32,000 bases of DNA, from NCBI RefSeq assembly GCF_000341395.1, contig NC_020304.1:630001-662000 (forward strand). The letters are read 5' to 3'. The stretch is from Desulfocapsa sulfexigens DSM 10523. Its GTDB lineage: Bacteria; Desulfobacterota; Desulfobulbia; Desulfobulbales; Desulfocapsaceae. Shown here one piece after another: positions 1 to 8,697 of the stretch (position 1 is its first letter; every line of letters begins with the position of its first letter). The position numbers and the translations under genes were made by a program. The notes beneath the pieces are model-generated. The model was not told the DNA's origin. It ran no database searches and saw only the letters and a list, made by a program, of their open reading frames with translations.

Positions 1-587
1 TGCAGAGCAGACTGCTGCCAGCTTTTAATAAAATCGCATTCCAGCGTCACATACCCCTCGAGGGCATCTTCGGGGTTATTGGGATCCTTGCGACGATTAA
101 CAAAGCCCACCGGATTCCATGCATATCCCTTTCCCCATTTATAGGATTTTTTCCCAAGCGAGAATGTAGCGGAGGGAGTGGGTTGCAGAGACACATAGGC
201 GGCGTTCACAAGCGTAAGGTCACTCCAGCCAATGGTATCCTGTTGCGCGGCAGCCTTAAGCTGTACATTTAGACTGCTTATACCATATTCATAACTGCCA
301 TCAAGCTGTATACTGCCATAGAGCGAATCCATAGTGGATATATTGGGATCGGTAAGATTCAGGCGAGTAAAAACAGAGCCCTGGTTGATATCCGCATGCT
401 CCCCCCTCAGCTCAACATACCCCCCGAGCTGATAGGGCTTCTTCTCAATCTCTTCAAGGTCAAAGGAGAATTCGTCACTACCATTTACAGGAGCAGCAAC
501 TAACAGCAAACCAGACAGCAATAAAATCTTTGAAAAAAGAGATACAGTTATTCTACGATGAACTGTCCCTTTACTTTCGTAATTCAT
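1..587 (-). CDS. Outer-membrane beta-barrel protein, partial (C-terminus beyond left edge)
   Basis: Read manually on the minus strand: ATG at 587, MNYESKGTVHRRITVSLFSKILLLSGLLLVAAPVNGSDEFSF... (signal peptide), then barrel-like sequence including GKKSYKWGKGYAWNPVGFVNRRKDPNNPEDALEGYV. Open to position 1. Start overlaps the end of the LolA-like gene. Confidence 0.7.
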   Translation of the reverse strand, partial: MNYESKGTVHRRITVSLFSKILLLSGLLLVAAPVNGSDEFSFDLEEIEKKPYQLGGYVELRGEHADINQGSVFTRLNLTDPNISTMDSLYGSIQLDGSYEYGISSLNVQLKAAAQQDTIGWSDLTLVNAAYVSLQPTPSATFSLGKKSYKWGKGYAWNPVGFVNRRKDPNNPEDALEGYVTLECDFIKSWQQSAL

Positions 588-1317
588 TAATCCGAGACAT
601 ATAATTCAAGGTAAAGACTTCATCGGCAAATTCTTTTTTCTCTACCTTGGCAAAGAGCATCACCGACCGATAGCCCTTATGTAGAGGACTGTCTGTTTCA
701 AGGAGTGACGGCCGCACCATACCATCACCAAAATCCTGTATCTTTGAATAGTGCAGAGTTTTAATAAGCATTCCGCTCACCGCATAACACTCGATATCCA
801 AAGGCAGCAAAGACTCCTTATCAACCGTCATCTTTAAATGATCGTAGGCAACGGATGGTGATTTGGCCTTAAGATCCAGCTGATAGGTTTTTTCCTGTTC
901 ACTGATACCCGTTGCATCATACTCGACGCTGTAATCGAGGCGCAGAATGTCGGAGTTATTAAAAATGCCTCCGATAACCGACTGGAGACTGGTGATACGT
1001 AGAGGTTTTCCGACATTGGGAATATAGAGCCACATATTATCCCCAAGACGCAGAGTAGCCCTTCCCTCTTCGCTGGCGGGTGAGATAAAGAGAGCAACCA
1101 TTTTATCCTGTCCGGTTTTTACGGTATAGAGAACAAATTCCTTTTTTTTCCCATCGGGCTCGACGTTAATCAGTTTCCGATACATTTCGTAGGATTGAGG
1201 CTGCATGTTGGCATCGACCTGACGAAGAATCTCGTTTCCATCGAGGGCAAACGCTGTTCCTGTGTGAAGGAAGACAACAACAACTGAACATATTATTCTT
1301 TGTAATATTCTATGCAT
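571..1317 (-). CDS. Outer membrane lipoprotein-sorting protein (LolA-like fold)
   Basis: 248 aa, N-terminal signal peptide, DGNEILRQVDANMQPQSYEMYRKL..., DNMWLYIPNVGKPLRI; encoded downstream of a LolCDE-like ABC permease and ATPase. Confidence 0.8.
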   Translation of the reverse strand: MHRILQRIICSVVVVFLHTGTAFALDGNEILRQVDANMQPQSYEMYRKLINVEPDGKKKEFVLYTVKTGQDKMVALFISPASEEGRATLRLGDNMWLYIPNVGKPLRITSLQSVIGGIFNNSDILRLDYSVEYDATGISEQEKTYQLDLKAKSPSVAYDHLKMTVDKESLLPLDIECYAVSGMLIKTLHYSKIQDFGDGMVRPSLLETDSPLHKGYRSVMLFAKVEKKEFADEVFTLNYMSRINELRK

Positions 1318-1343
1318 AACTTATTTATCCTTTCCTTCAGAAT

Positions 1344-2588
1344 TCAAACATGACGCAGAGCTGTTATCGGATCCATCTTCGCAGCTTTCCAGGCAGGCTG
1401 CAAGCTGGCAAGCACCGAGATAGCAACAACAATAACTGAAACTGTGATCACCTCTGAAGTCCCTATGGTAGGTGATAGAAGCAGACCTTTCTGTCGACCA
1501 AAGTCAAAACTGATCTGAAAGATATTCATGGCATAAATGGACCCCAGACTGATAACAACACCAACAAGCGTCCCGAGCAAGCCCAGCAGAAAACCTTCCA
1601 TGATAAACAGGGAAAGGATTTTATTGGGAGCAGTGCCAATGGCCGCAATGGTTCCGATTTCATTAATACGTTCATATACGGCCATTATCATCACATTCAT
1701 GATACTCACCAGAACAATGGCCACCAGCATTATCTTAATAAACAGTGTCATAAGATCAATCATACGGGCAATATTGAAAAAAGGTGAAAGCTTCTCCCAG
1801 GTATGAACATCAAACACAGGTTGATCCATTTTGTTTTTTATCGACCCGAGCGTATCGTTCAGGCTGGCAAAAACAGCTTCCAGAGACTGAATCGTTCTCA
1901 GGCGAATGGCAATTTCGCTGACCTCTTTATCCTCCATGCGCAGGAGACTTCTGGCATCCTCAATATGGATAACACCATCACGCCCACCTGGCCCGGAAAT
2001 CCCTTCCAGAATACCTCGAACCACAAAGGGCTGACCGTTCACCGATCCTTCCTTATTTGTGGCCACCAGCACAATTGAGTCACCCACCTGCACTTTCATT
2101 CCCTTGGCAATCAGTTCGGGAACCAGGATTTCACCCCTTTCTATGAGCCCATCCTTCTTCCCTTCGATGATCCGTTTCTCAAGCATGGGAACCGTTTTCA
2201 GCTCCTGCTTCGGGTTGACAGCGTTAAGGCGAATATTGGTGGTTTCGGTATAATTACTGAACATAGCCCCAAGCTTGAGCCGCATGGAGTACGCTTCGAC
2301 ATTACTATTCTGATCCAGGTTTTCTTTGACCTTGTTAATCTGTTTACCACTAAGGTTTTTGTCGAGCGGAAGGCTGTCGATGGATGCCATATATCCCTTC
2401 CGATGCACCTGCAGATGACCGAGCATGGAATCCGTGATCTGTCCTATCATCATACTTTTAAAAGAACCGGAGATAGCGACAAAGAGTAACACCGCCACTA
2501 CCCCCAGAGTGATAAGAGTAGAAGTAAGCATGGTTCGTCTCATATAGCGCCTGAGATTACGCAGGGCAAGTTTCAATACATTAAACAT
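1344..2588 (-). CDS. ABC transporter permease, FtsX/MacB/LolCE type
   Basis: MFNVLKLALRNLRRYMRRTMLTSTLITLGVVAVLL..., large periplasmic domain, C-terminal three TM FtsX domain. Start chosen at 2588 (GGAGGAGAT upstream, short overlap with the ATPase stop) instead of the track's 2705. Confidence 0.88.
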   Translation of the reverse strand: MFNVLKLALRNLRRYMRRTMLTSTLITLGVVAVLLFVAISGSFKSMMIGQITDSMLGHLQVHRKGYMASIDSLPLDKNLSGKQINKVKENLDQNSNVEAYSMRLKLGAMFSNYTETTNIRLNAVNPKQELKTVPMLEKRIIEGKKDGLIERGEILVPELIAKGMKVQVGDSIVLVATNKEGSVNGQPFVVRGILEGISGPGGRDGVIHIEDARSLLRMEDKEVSEIAIRLRTIQSLEAVFASLNDTLGSIKNKMDQPVFDVHTWEKLSPFFNIARMIDLMTLFIKIMLVAIVLVSIMNVMIMAVYERINEIGTIAAIGTAPNKILSLFIMEGFLLGLLGTLVGVVISLGSIYAMNIFQISFDFGRQKGLLLSPTIGTSEVITVSVIVVAISVLASLQPAWKAAKMDPITALRHV

Positions 2589-3276
2589 GATCTCCTCCTT
2601 TGCCTTGCAGCAGCTTTCCATCTTCAAGGGTAAAGATCGTTTCTGCATTCCCCACAACCTTTGGATCATGAGTGGAAAAGACAAAACTCGTCCCAAATTC
2701 ATCACGCATTTTTTTCATGAGTTCAATCACATGATTTGCAGTGGTTCGATCAAGGTTGGCCGTTGGCTCATCGGCCAGCACAAGACTGGCGTTGGTCACA
2801 AGGGCCCTGGCAACAGCAACCCGCTGCTTTTGGCCTCCGGAAATCTGGCTTGGAAACTTATGCGCCTGCTCCTTCATACCAACAGCCTCAAGAAGCTCCA
2901 GCACGCGTTCCTTTCTTTTCTTCTTTGGCCAGTTCAAAACCATCAGTAGGGGATATTCAACATTTTCAAAGACGGTAAGTACCGGAATCAGGTTAAAATC
3001 CTGAAAGACGAACCCGATATGCTCTCCTCTAAACCGTGCCGCCTCCTGGCGATTGAAGCTGCTTATGTCTTTTCCAACCACGGACAGAGCACCCTTCGTT
3101 GGGGGATCTAGACACCCTATCATATTCAACAGGGTGGATTTACCACTACCCGAAGGCCCGACAAACGAGACAAAAGATGCCGGCTCGATAGTGAAAGTCA
3201 CCCCCTGGATTGCCTTCACAGGAATGTCTCCCGCCATATAGGTCTTTTCCAGCTGTTTTGCTACAACCACTGCCAT
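2581..3276 (-). CDS. ABC transporter ATP-binding protein, LolD/MacB type
   Basis: Walker A GPSGSGKST, signature ISGGQKQRVAVARAL, Walker B LVLADEPTANLD; 231 aa. Confidence 0.93.
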   Translation of the reverse strand: MAVVVAKQLEKTYMAGDIPVKAIQGVTFTIEPASFVSFVGPSGSGKSTLLNMIGCLDPPTKGALSVVGKDISSFNRQEAARFRGEHIGFVFQDFNLIPVLTVFENVEYPLLMVLNWPKKKRKERVLELLEAVGMKEQAHKFPSQISGGQKQRVAVARALVTNASLVLADEPTANLDRTTANHVIELMKKMRDEFGTSFVFSTHDPKVVGNAETIFTLEDGKLLQGKGGDHV

Positions 3277-3857
3277 GGTGTCTCCTTTTTTTTACAATAT
3301 CTTATCAGTATTCTGCAACATCGCCTGTTCCCATACGCCGTCTGTCATCAAGCACATGGCATGCCATGTTGCGTGTTCGCATTTGTCTTACAACACAAGC
3401 TCTTAAAATAAAACAATTTAAAAATTTTCCGCACCTGCGCCCTGAAGAAGTGGGAGAATGGTGCTGTCTAATTCCTGTGCACTCTCATGGGGCCGCAAAG
3501 GGGAAGACTGTCCAGAAAATAGACAAAACGGAAGAACAAAAAAAGAAAAGAAATTTTAATCTTCACCTTTGCGTTCTCTAACGTTGAAGTATTATACTAC
3601 ATTTTAAAACCTGGTTACCACTAATTCTCAGCCTACCCGCATGAGGAGGAGTTGTTTCGTGTCGATCATACGGGCATCTGCGGCCAGGACGGCCGCAGCA
3701 GAGGCCCCAAAGATGGGGTTATGGCGTCCCATATAATCGATACGGAACAGCTCCGGGTTGCAAAGCTGAGTTTTGATGGTAATCAGGTTTTAAAATCATC
3801 GGAACAACTCTTGCGTACCGATACAGAAACAAAGCAACCAATAAAAAAGGAACTCCA

Positions 3858-4595
3858 ATGCTCTCTAAAAACGGCATTACATTTTTACTTCTGGCAGCAC
3901 TCCTTTTCTCTGTGATGGGATGCGGTACAACCAGTACAATAAAGAGGAGTATCATAACACGAGGTGAAGCATTTCCACAGATGTATGAGGAACAGCCCCG
4001 TTCCATTGCAATCCTCCCTCCATTAAACACAAGCACTCTCCCTGAAGCAGGGAATTACTACATGGCCACAATTACAACACCCCTCAACGCAGCCGGATAT
4101 CAGGTTACCCCCGAAGAAACGGTGAAGAATGTCATAGACCAGAACACCTTACATGACAATTCACTGTATTCGCTACCGCCACAAACCCTTGGGCAATATT
4201 TCGGTTCAGATGCAGCTCTTTTCGCCCGTATCAAGCAGTGGGACGTGGCCCATACGGCACTCCTCTCAAGACTCATCATTTCAATTGAGGCTGAACTTAT
4301 CTCCACAAAAACATCAAAGCAATTATGGCGTTACAACACCTCGATAAACATTGATCTCAACGCTGTCAAATCAACGGCGGGAGCGGGTTTATCACTGCTT
4401 GCAGGCATGAAAAAGGAAGATGTCGACAAAGCCACGGCAGATGCTCTCTCCCATGCCCTTCAATTGAACACAAAACTCATCAGAGATCTCCCATTCGGTC
4501 CGGGACATGAAGACTATTTGCAGGATCAGAAAATGGAGCTCATTGGCAGCATTCCCGGAAAAAGCATACTGAAACAGCCTCAAGACATAAAGTAA
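3858..4595 (+). CDS. DUF799 / GNA1162-like lipoprotein
   Basis: Lipobox LLFSVMGC; RSIAILPPLNTSTLPEAGNYYMATITTPLNAAGYQVTPEETV is typical of the DUF799 family. Confidence 0.75.
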   Translation: MLSKNGITFLLLAALLFSVMGCGTTSTIKRSIITRGEAFPQMYEEQPRSIAILPPLNTSTLPEAGNYYMATITTPLNAAGYQVTPEETVKNVIDQNTLHDNSLYSLPPQTLGQYFGSDAALFARIKQWDVAHTALLSRLIISIEAELISTKTSKQLWRYNTSINIDLNAVKSTAGAGLSLLAGMKKEDVDKATADALSHALQLNTKLIRDLPFGPGHEDYLQDQKMELIGSIPGKSILKQPQDIK

Positions 4596-4690
4596 CGCTT
4601 CATCGACACACCGGCCTTACATTTCGGGGGAGACATAAAAAACATTAAGACAGATCCTGAAAAATGACTATCAAAAGGAGAGGAATACCA

Positions 4691-5686
4691 GTGAAAGCCA
4701 CAATAAGTGTCGCACTTGTACAATTGTTTTTTATTCTGCCAATAACTGCTGCATTGGGCCTTGCAGCCGACATTGAAGGCAGCAGAGATCATCCGCAGTT
4801 CAAACGGTATGAAGGTTCGGAAATCGTCAAATATGAACATAGGAAATATGACAGTCTTATCATTCCGCTCGGCAAAGCTACCAACTCACAAACGCTCAAA
4901 GATTCACGGGAGATTGAAGGTGCCATCACTCGCCTGACATACAAGATCCCCATGGGACGTTCTCCGCTGGAAGTCATTCGCAACTATGAAAAAGAATTGC
5001 AGGCAAATGGTTTCAAAGTGCTCTTTTCTGGCCAAAAAGATGCGTTGGGAAGCTATTTTGCAGAAGCAGCAGGATATAAAGAGATCAAATGGCCACCCAA
5101 TGTTCCTGGACTTACTCTGAACAGCGACAAACAGATATACATGGCCGCTGAGAAAACTGAACCGGGTGGTTCGGCCATGGTAACTTTGTACGGTGTTGAA
5201 AACCGCTTCTGGGCTGGTAATTTAAAAAACGTTGAGAAGGGTCAGACTCTTCTTCACGTGGATATAATTGAAAGCAAAATCATGGAAGAAAAAATGGTTA
5301 CAGTTGCTGCAGAAGAAATGGCAGAGCAGATCTCAGCTTCCGGCAGTATAGCACTTTATGGGATTTACTTTGATACGGACAAAAGCACTATCAAGCCTGA
5401 GTCAACAGACACACTTGAGCAGATAGCCAAGTTACTACAAGACAAAACAGACTTAAATCTTCTCGTGGTCGGGCACACAGACAACGTCGGATCATTCGGC
5501 TACAACCTAAAATTGGCCCAGGATCGTGCTGGTGCGGTAGTGAGAGAACTTGGTCAAAAGTACGGTGTTCAACCAGATCGACTCAAGCCTGTTGGCGTGT
5601 CGTATGCTTGTCCGGTTTCCTCGAACAGATCAGAAAACGGGAGGAGTAAAAATCGCAGGGTCGAGCTGGTAGAACATACTCCCTGA
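4691..5686 (+). CDS. OmpA-family protein with N-terminal DUF4892-like domain
   Basis: C-terminal OmpA domain ASGSIALYGIYFDTDKSTIKPESTDTLEQIAKLLQ...LLVVGHTDNVGSFGYNLKLAQDRAGAVV...SNRSENGRSKNRRVELV. GTG start at 4691 chosen because AAGGAGAGGA lies just upstream; the track start is 4664. Confidence 0.85.
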   Translation: MKATISVALVQLFFILPITAALGLAADIEGSRDHPQFKRYEGSEIVKYEHRKYDSLIIPLGKATNSQTLKDSREIEGAITRLTYKIPMGRSPLEVIRNYEKELQANGFKVLFSGQKDALGSYFAEAAGYKEIKWPPNVPGLTLNSDKQIYMAAEKTEPGGSAMVTLYGVENRFWAGNLKNVEKGQTLLHVDIIESKIMEEKMVTVAAEEMAEQISASGSIALYGIYFDTDKSTIKPESTDTLEQIAKLLQDKTDLNLLVVGHTDNVGSFGYNLKLAQDRAGAVVRELGQKYGVQPDRLKPVGVSYACPVSSNRSENGRSKNRRVELVEHTP

Positions 5687-5796
5687 TGGGAAGCGAAATA
5701 CTTCGTCCACGGCGTTTATTTCTTGTTCGTAAAACAAATTGCCCCCCTGCGACAACCGGGAAACCACACAAACTGTTACTAAAGAGGGAGGACCCA

Positions 5797-6300
5797 ATGA
5801 AACATTTCTTTTCTTTTACTTTTATTTTGTTTTTGAACCTTACCATAGGGTTATCAGCAGGGATCTGCTCTCAAAACAAAAACAATATCGATCCGTGCAG
5901 CCTGATAGCAACTGAAAAACTTTCTGCCATTTTTCCAACGTTACTGAAAGCAGAGAAACAGTCAGTTGGCCCGGAAACAGTCTGTAACTATCTTGACAAG
6001 ATGGACATTCCGGCACTAATCATCTCAGTGACCAGGGCAGGAACCAGCGTACATCGTTCTCTCTCAATGCTTGGTTCAGGATACGTGATTGAAGATATCA
6101 GCGGTCTAGGGGACGAGGCTGCTATTGCCATTCAGCAGGCAAATCCACGGTTTGGCTTAAAAGAGGGAATTGCGGCTATGCATATCAAAAAAGGAGATCG
6201 TTCCCTGACATTCTCCTTCTTTCGTATCAGCCTGATGCCAGATGAGCCTGCGTTTGATAAAATCAAGGCACTTGCAGCGGAAATGATCGGTAAGCTATAA
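5797..6300 (+). CDS. Small secreted/periplasmic protein of unknown function
   Basis: Signal peptide MKHFFSFTFILFLNLTIGLSAG; strong RBS (gggagga) before ATG 5797, preferred to the track start 5686. Confidence 0.65.
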   Translation: MKHFFSFTFILFLNLTIGLSAGICSQNKNNIDPCSLIATEKLSAIFPTLLKAEKQSVGPETVCNYLDKMDIPALIISVTRAGTSVHRSLSMLGSGYVIEDISGLGDEAAIAIQQANPRFGLKEGIAAMHIKKGDRSLTFSFFRISLMPDEPAFDKIKALAAEMIGKL

Positions 6301-6550
6301 GCCCAAAATATTCTTAAAACCTACAAGCACATCTATCGGACAAACACTTGTTATTTAACGGATATTTCAACAGGACAGTAGGCTTGCAATAGCTCATACC
6401 ATTCTGCTTTCACTTCGTTTGGAAAGAAAATTACCTTCTGAAAAATTTCTTTTGTCCTTTTTAATTCCTAAGTGATACAATTTTTTTTTATCCTTAGTAT
6501 TGCACTATCCGTGTCACATTTTTTATTATCCATTACCTTAGGAGGACAGT

Positions 6551-7546
6551 ATGAAAAGAGCATGTTTTAAGGGTTTTGAGAGAAAAGCAACACTTACAAC
6601 TGCTGCTGCGATTGCCCTGATGATAGGGGCTACTCAAGTAAATGCCGCCAAAGTCAGCACTCAGGAGTCCACTGAAATGACAACTGAACGCGCAGGTGTC
6701 AGCTTTTCCGCCCGTGCAGGTGTTGGTTATCTTACAGGACAGGCCCACGAGTATGTCTATTGGAAAGAGCTGGGTGGACACACTGCCAGCGAACTTGTTT
6801 GGGATATCGATTCCATGGTCATGTTAGGGATTGGAGGAACAGTCAAACCATTGGAATGGATGAGTATAAATGGTGACGTGTGGTTTAATATCGGTGATGG
6901 TGACGGGAATATGGTCGACTATGACTGGATGGTACCCGGGATGGACTGGACTGACAGATCCACTCACGACGATACCGATGTGAGTACCGGCTTCATGTTT
7001 GATATGAGCTTGGAACTAACTGCCTTTAAAACAAGCTCTGTCTCCTTTAACGGTATTCTTGGTTTCCGCCGCGATGTTTTCGAATGGAAAGCCATGGGCG
7101 GTTCCTATATATACTCTAGTAACGGCTTTCGTGATACCGTAGGAAATTTTCCTGATGGTGAGCTTGGTATTACCTACGAACAAACATTTGATGTACCCTA
7201 TTTTGGTGTAGGAATGGTGGGTGACTTTGACCAATTCCACTTCACAGCAAAATTCATTGCCAGCATGTTTGTCAGTGGTGAGGCTATAGATCATCATCAT
7301 ATGCGTGATCTTGTCACCACCGACGATTTCAGTGGTGAAAACATGTGGGCCATCGATATAGCAGCATCCTATGACATTACTCCATCCCTTGGAGTGGAAG
7401 CAGCCTATTTCTACGAAAGCTATGACACCATGACCGGAGACTCTACCTGGGATTTTGGCTCTGGTAACGTTTCTGTCCTCTCTGATGGGGCAGGAGCAGA
7501 TCTTGAGGTCTCCATGTTCTCTCTGAATCTAATATACACCTTCTAG
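6551..7546 (+). CDS. Omptin-family outer-membrane aspartyl protease (OmpT/Pla-like)
   Basis: Signal peptide; DGNMVDYDWM (OmpT GGNMVDQDWM), GGSYIYSSNGFRDTVGNFPDGELGITYEQ (OmpT GGSYIYSSEEGFRDDIGSFPNGERAIGYKQ), and the D-x-H pair in IDHHHMRD; terminal aromatic F typical of barrels; RBS aggagga. Confidence 0.92.
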   Translation: MKRACFKGFERKATLTTAAAIALMIGATQVNAAKVSTQESTEMTTERAGVSFSARAGVGYLTGQAHEYVYWKELGGHTASELVWDIDSMVMLGIGGTVKPLEWMSINGDVWFNIGDGDGNMVDYDWMVPGMDWTDRSTHDDTDVSTGFMFDMSLELTAFKTSSVSFNGILGFRRDVFEWKAMGGSYIYSSNGFRDTVGNFPDGELGITYEQTFDVPYFGVGMVGDFDQFHFTAKFIASMFVSGEAIDHHHMRDLVTTDDFSGENMWAIDIAASYDITPSLGVEAAYFYESYDTMTGDSTWDFGSGNVSVLSDGAGADLEVSMFSLNLIYTF

Positions 7547-7554
7547 TAAATATT

Positions 7555-7590
7555 CAGCCTGGTAAGCGGTGCTACTCGTTTACCAGGCTG
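7555..7590 (+). terminator. Terminator-like hairpin downstream of omptin gene
   Basis: Perfect 11-bp inverted repeat CAGCCTGGTAA (7555-7565) / TTACCAGGCTG (7580-7590), 14-nt loop, no clear U-tract. Confidence 0.4.
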
Positions 7591-7602
7591 AGATAGGGAA
7601 GT

Positions 7603-8361
7603 ATGCACCTTAACCGACTGTTACAGTTCATTGTTTTCTGTTTTTCTCTCTCTTGTTCCACAACCGCCATGACACAGGGAATTACCTGGACGACTCAACA
7701 GCAATCAGAAAGCAACTCCTGCAATAAAGGAAATGACTCTTCTGTTTCACGTATCTGGGTGAATGATCAACTGACATACATTGATGACGAAAACAAAATC
7801 ATATCTGTAGATTATTCTACCATGCGACTGTATCACTATGATAAGGTAAGCGGACAGTGCACCCAATACCGACTGGAGTCTCAAAAGAGTGCTTCAATAT
7901 CTGCAGAGTCGGACAGCAAGGTTGTCACAGCCAGTGACCTTTTACTCGCTGAAATTCAGGTTTCAGAAACCACAGAAATCAAGAAAATAAGCGGATATCA
8001 ATGTAAGAAAAAAACGGCTTTACTTGGTGCTGGTTTGTTTCGCTTTAAAAATTTTGGGCCGAAAGTGTTCAACCGCTTCGGTCAGACGCTCAGTGAAGGG
8101 ACAGGTAGCTACTGGGTATCAAAAGATCCGGCTATCTGGTCTCACCTGCAGACTGTAATTGAGCAACGGGTAAAATACTTTGCTGCAGTCCCGCTTCTCA
8201 ATCGCATTGACCCATTGGGACTTATGGGAAAACTCAAAGGTTTCCCCATGGAGAGCACCGAAAAGAATGCTTGTCAGACTGTTACTGTTACATTGCTTGA
8301 AGCGCCGGCTGGAAGTAATTTGAAACCGGAGTTACCACCTGCCTGCCAAAGCACCCACTAA
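7603..8361 (+). CDS. Secreted protein of unknown function
   Basis: 252 aa ORF with signal peptide MHLNRLLQFIVFCFSLSCSTTAMTQG; C-terminal proline/cysteine-containing tail. No recognised family. Confidence 0.55.
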   Translation: MHLNRLLQFIVFCFSLSCSTTAMTQGITWTTQQQSESNSCNKGNDSSVSRIWVNDQLTYIDDENKIISVDYSTMRLYHYDKVSGQCTQYRLESQKSASISAESDSKVVTASDLLLAEIQVSETTEIKKISGYQCKKKTALLGAGLFRFKNFGPKVFNRFGQTLSEGTGSYWVSKDPAIWSHLQTVIEQRVKYFAAVPLLNRIDPLGLMGKLKGFPMESTEKNACQTVTVTLLEAPAGSNLKPELPPACQSTH

Positions 8362-8697
8362 TCCAAACCGGGCTCGTTGCCGTTTCCAGACAACGCCATG
8401 ATTTATCTCTCCTGTTTTACTCATATCCTGCCATGGATTCTTTCCATGGTTCCTGGTAACATAGAGCATCAGCCAATCCTTTTCCACATCTCTTCAGTTG
8501 TGAAGAAGGGAGCAAAAATAGTTTGTGTGAAGCTGAGAAAATACAAAGACCTTCATGGAACGTTAACCGGCATTTTTTCCACGACAGTACGTACGACAAA
8601 GCACTCTTTGTTAAAAATCCTACAATATGGTATTGTTAACCAATAGTTTCCTAAAAGAATGTAACTTCAAAACCACTCCACACATGTTATCAAACAT

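Noticed and set aside
2589-2705. N-terminal extension of the permease ORF (start 2705 in the track)
   Set aside because: The extra 39 residues would overlap the ATPase gene and precede a good RBS and the typical MFNVLKLALRNL start at 2588.
3652-4036. Small ORFs 3652-3915 (+) and 3719-4036 (-) in the region before the DUF799-like gene
   Set aside because: Low-complexity or unlike real proteins; 3719-4036 overlaps the well-supported lipoprotein start. I saw no convincing structure in the 3277-3857 spacer.
5686-5796. N-terminal extension of the small secreted protein (start 5686)
   Set aside because: ATG 5797 has a strong RBS and gives a clean signal peptide; the extension does not look like a leader.
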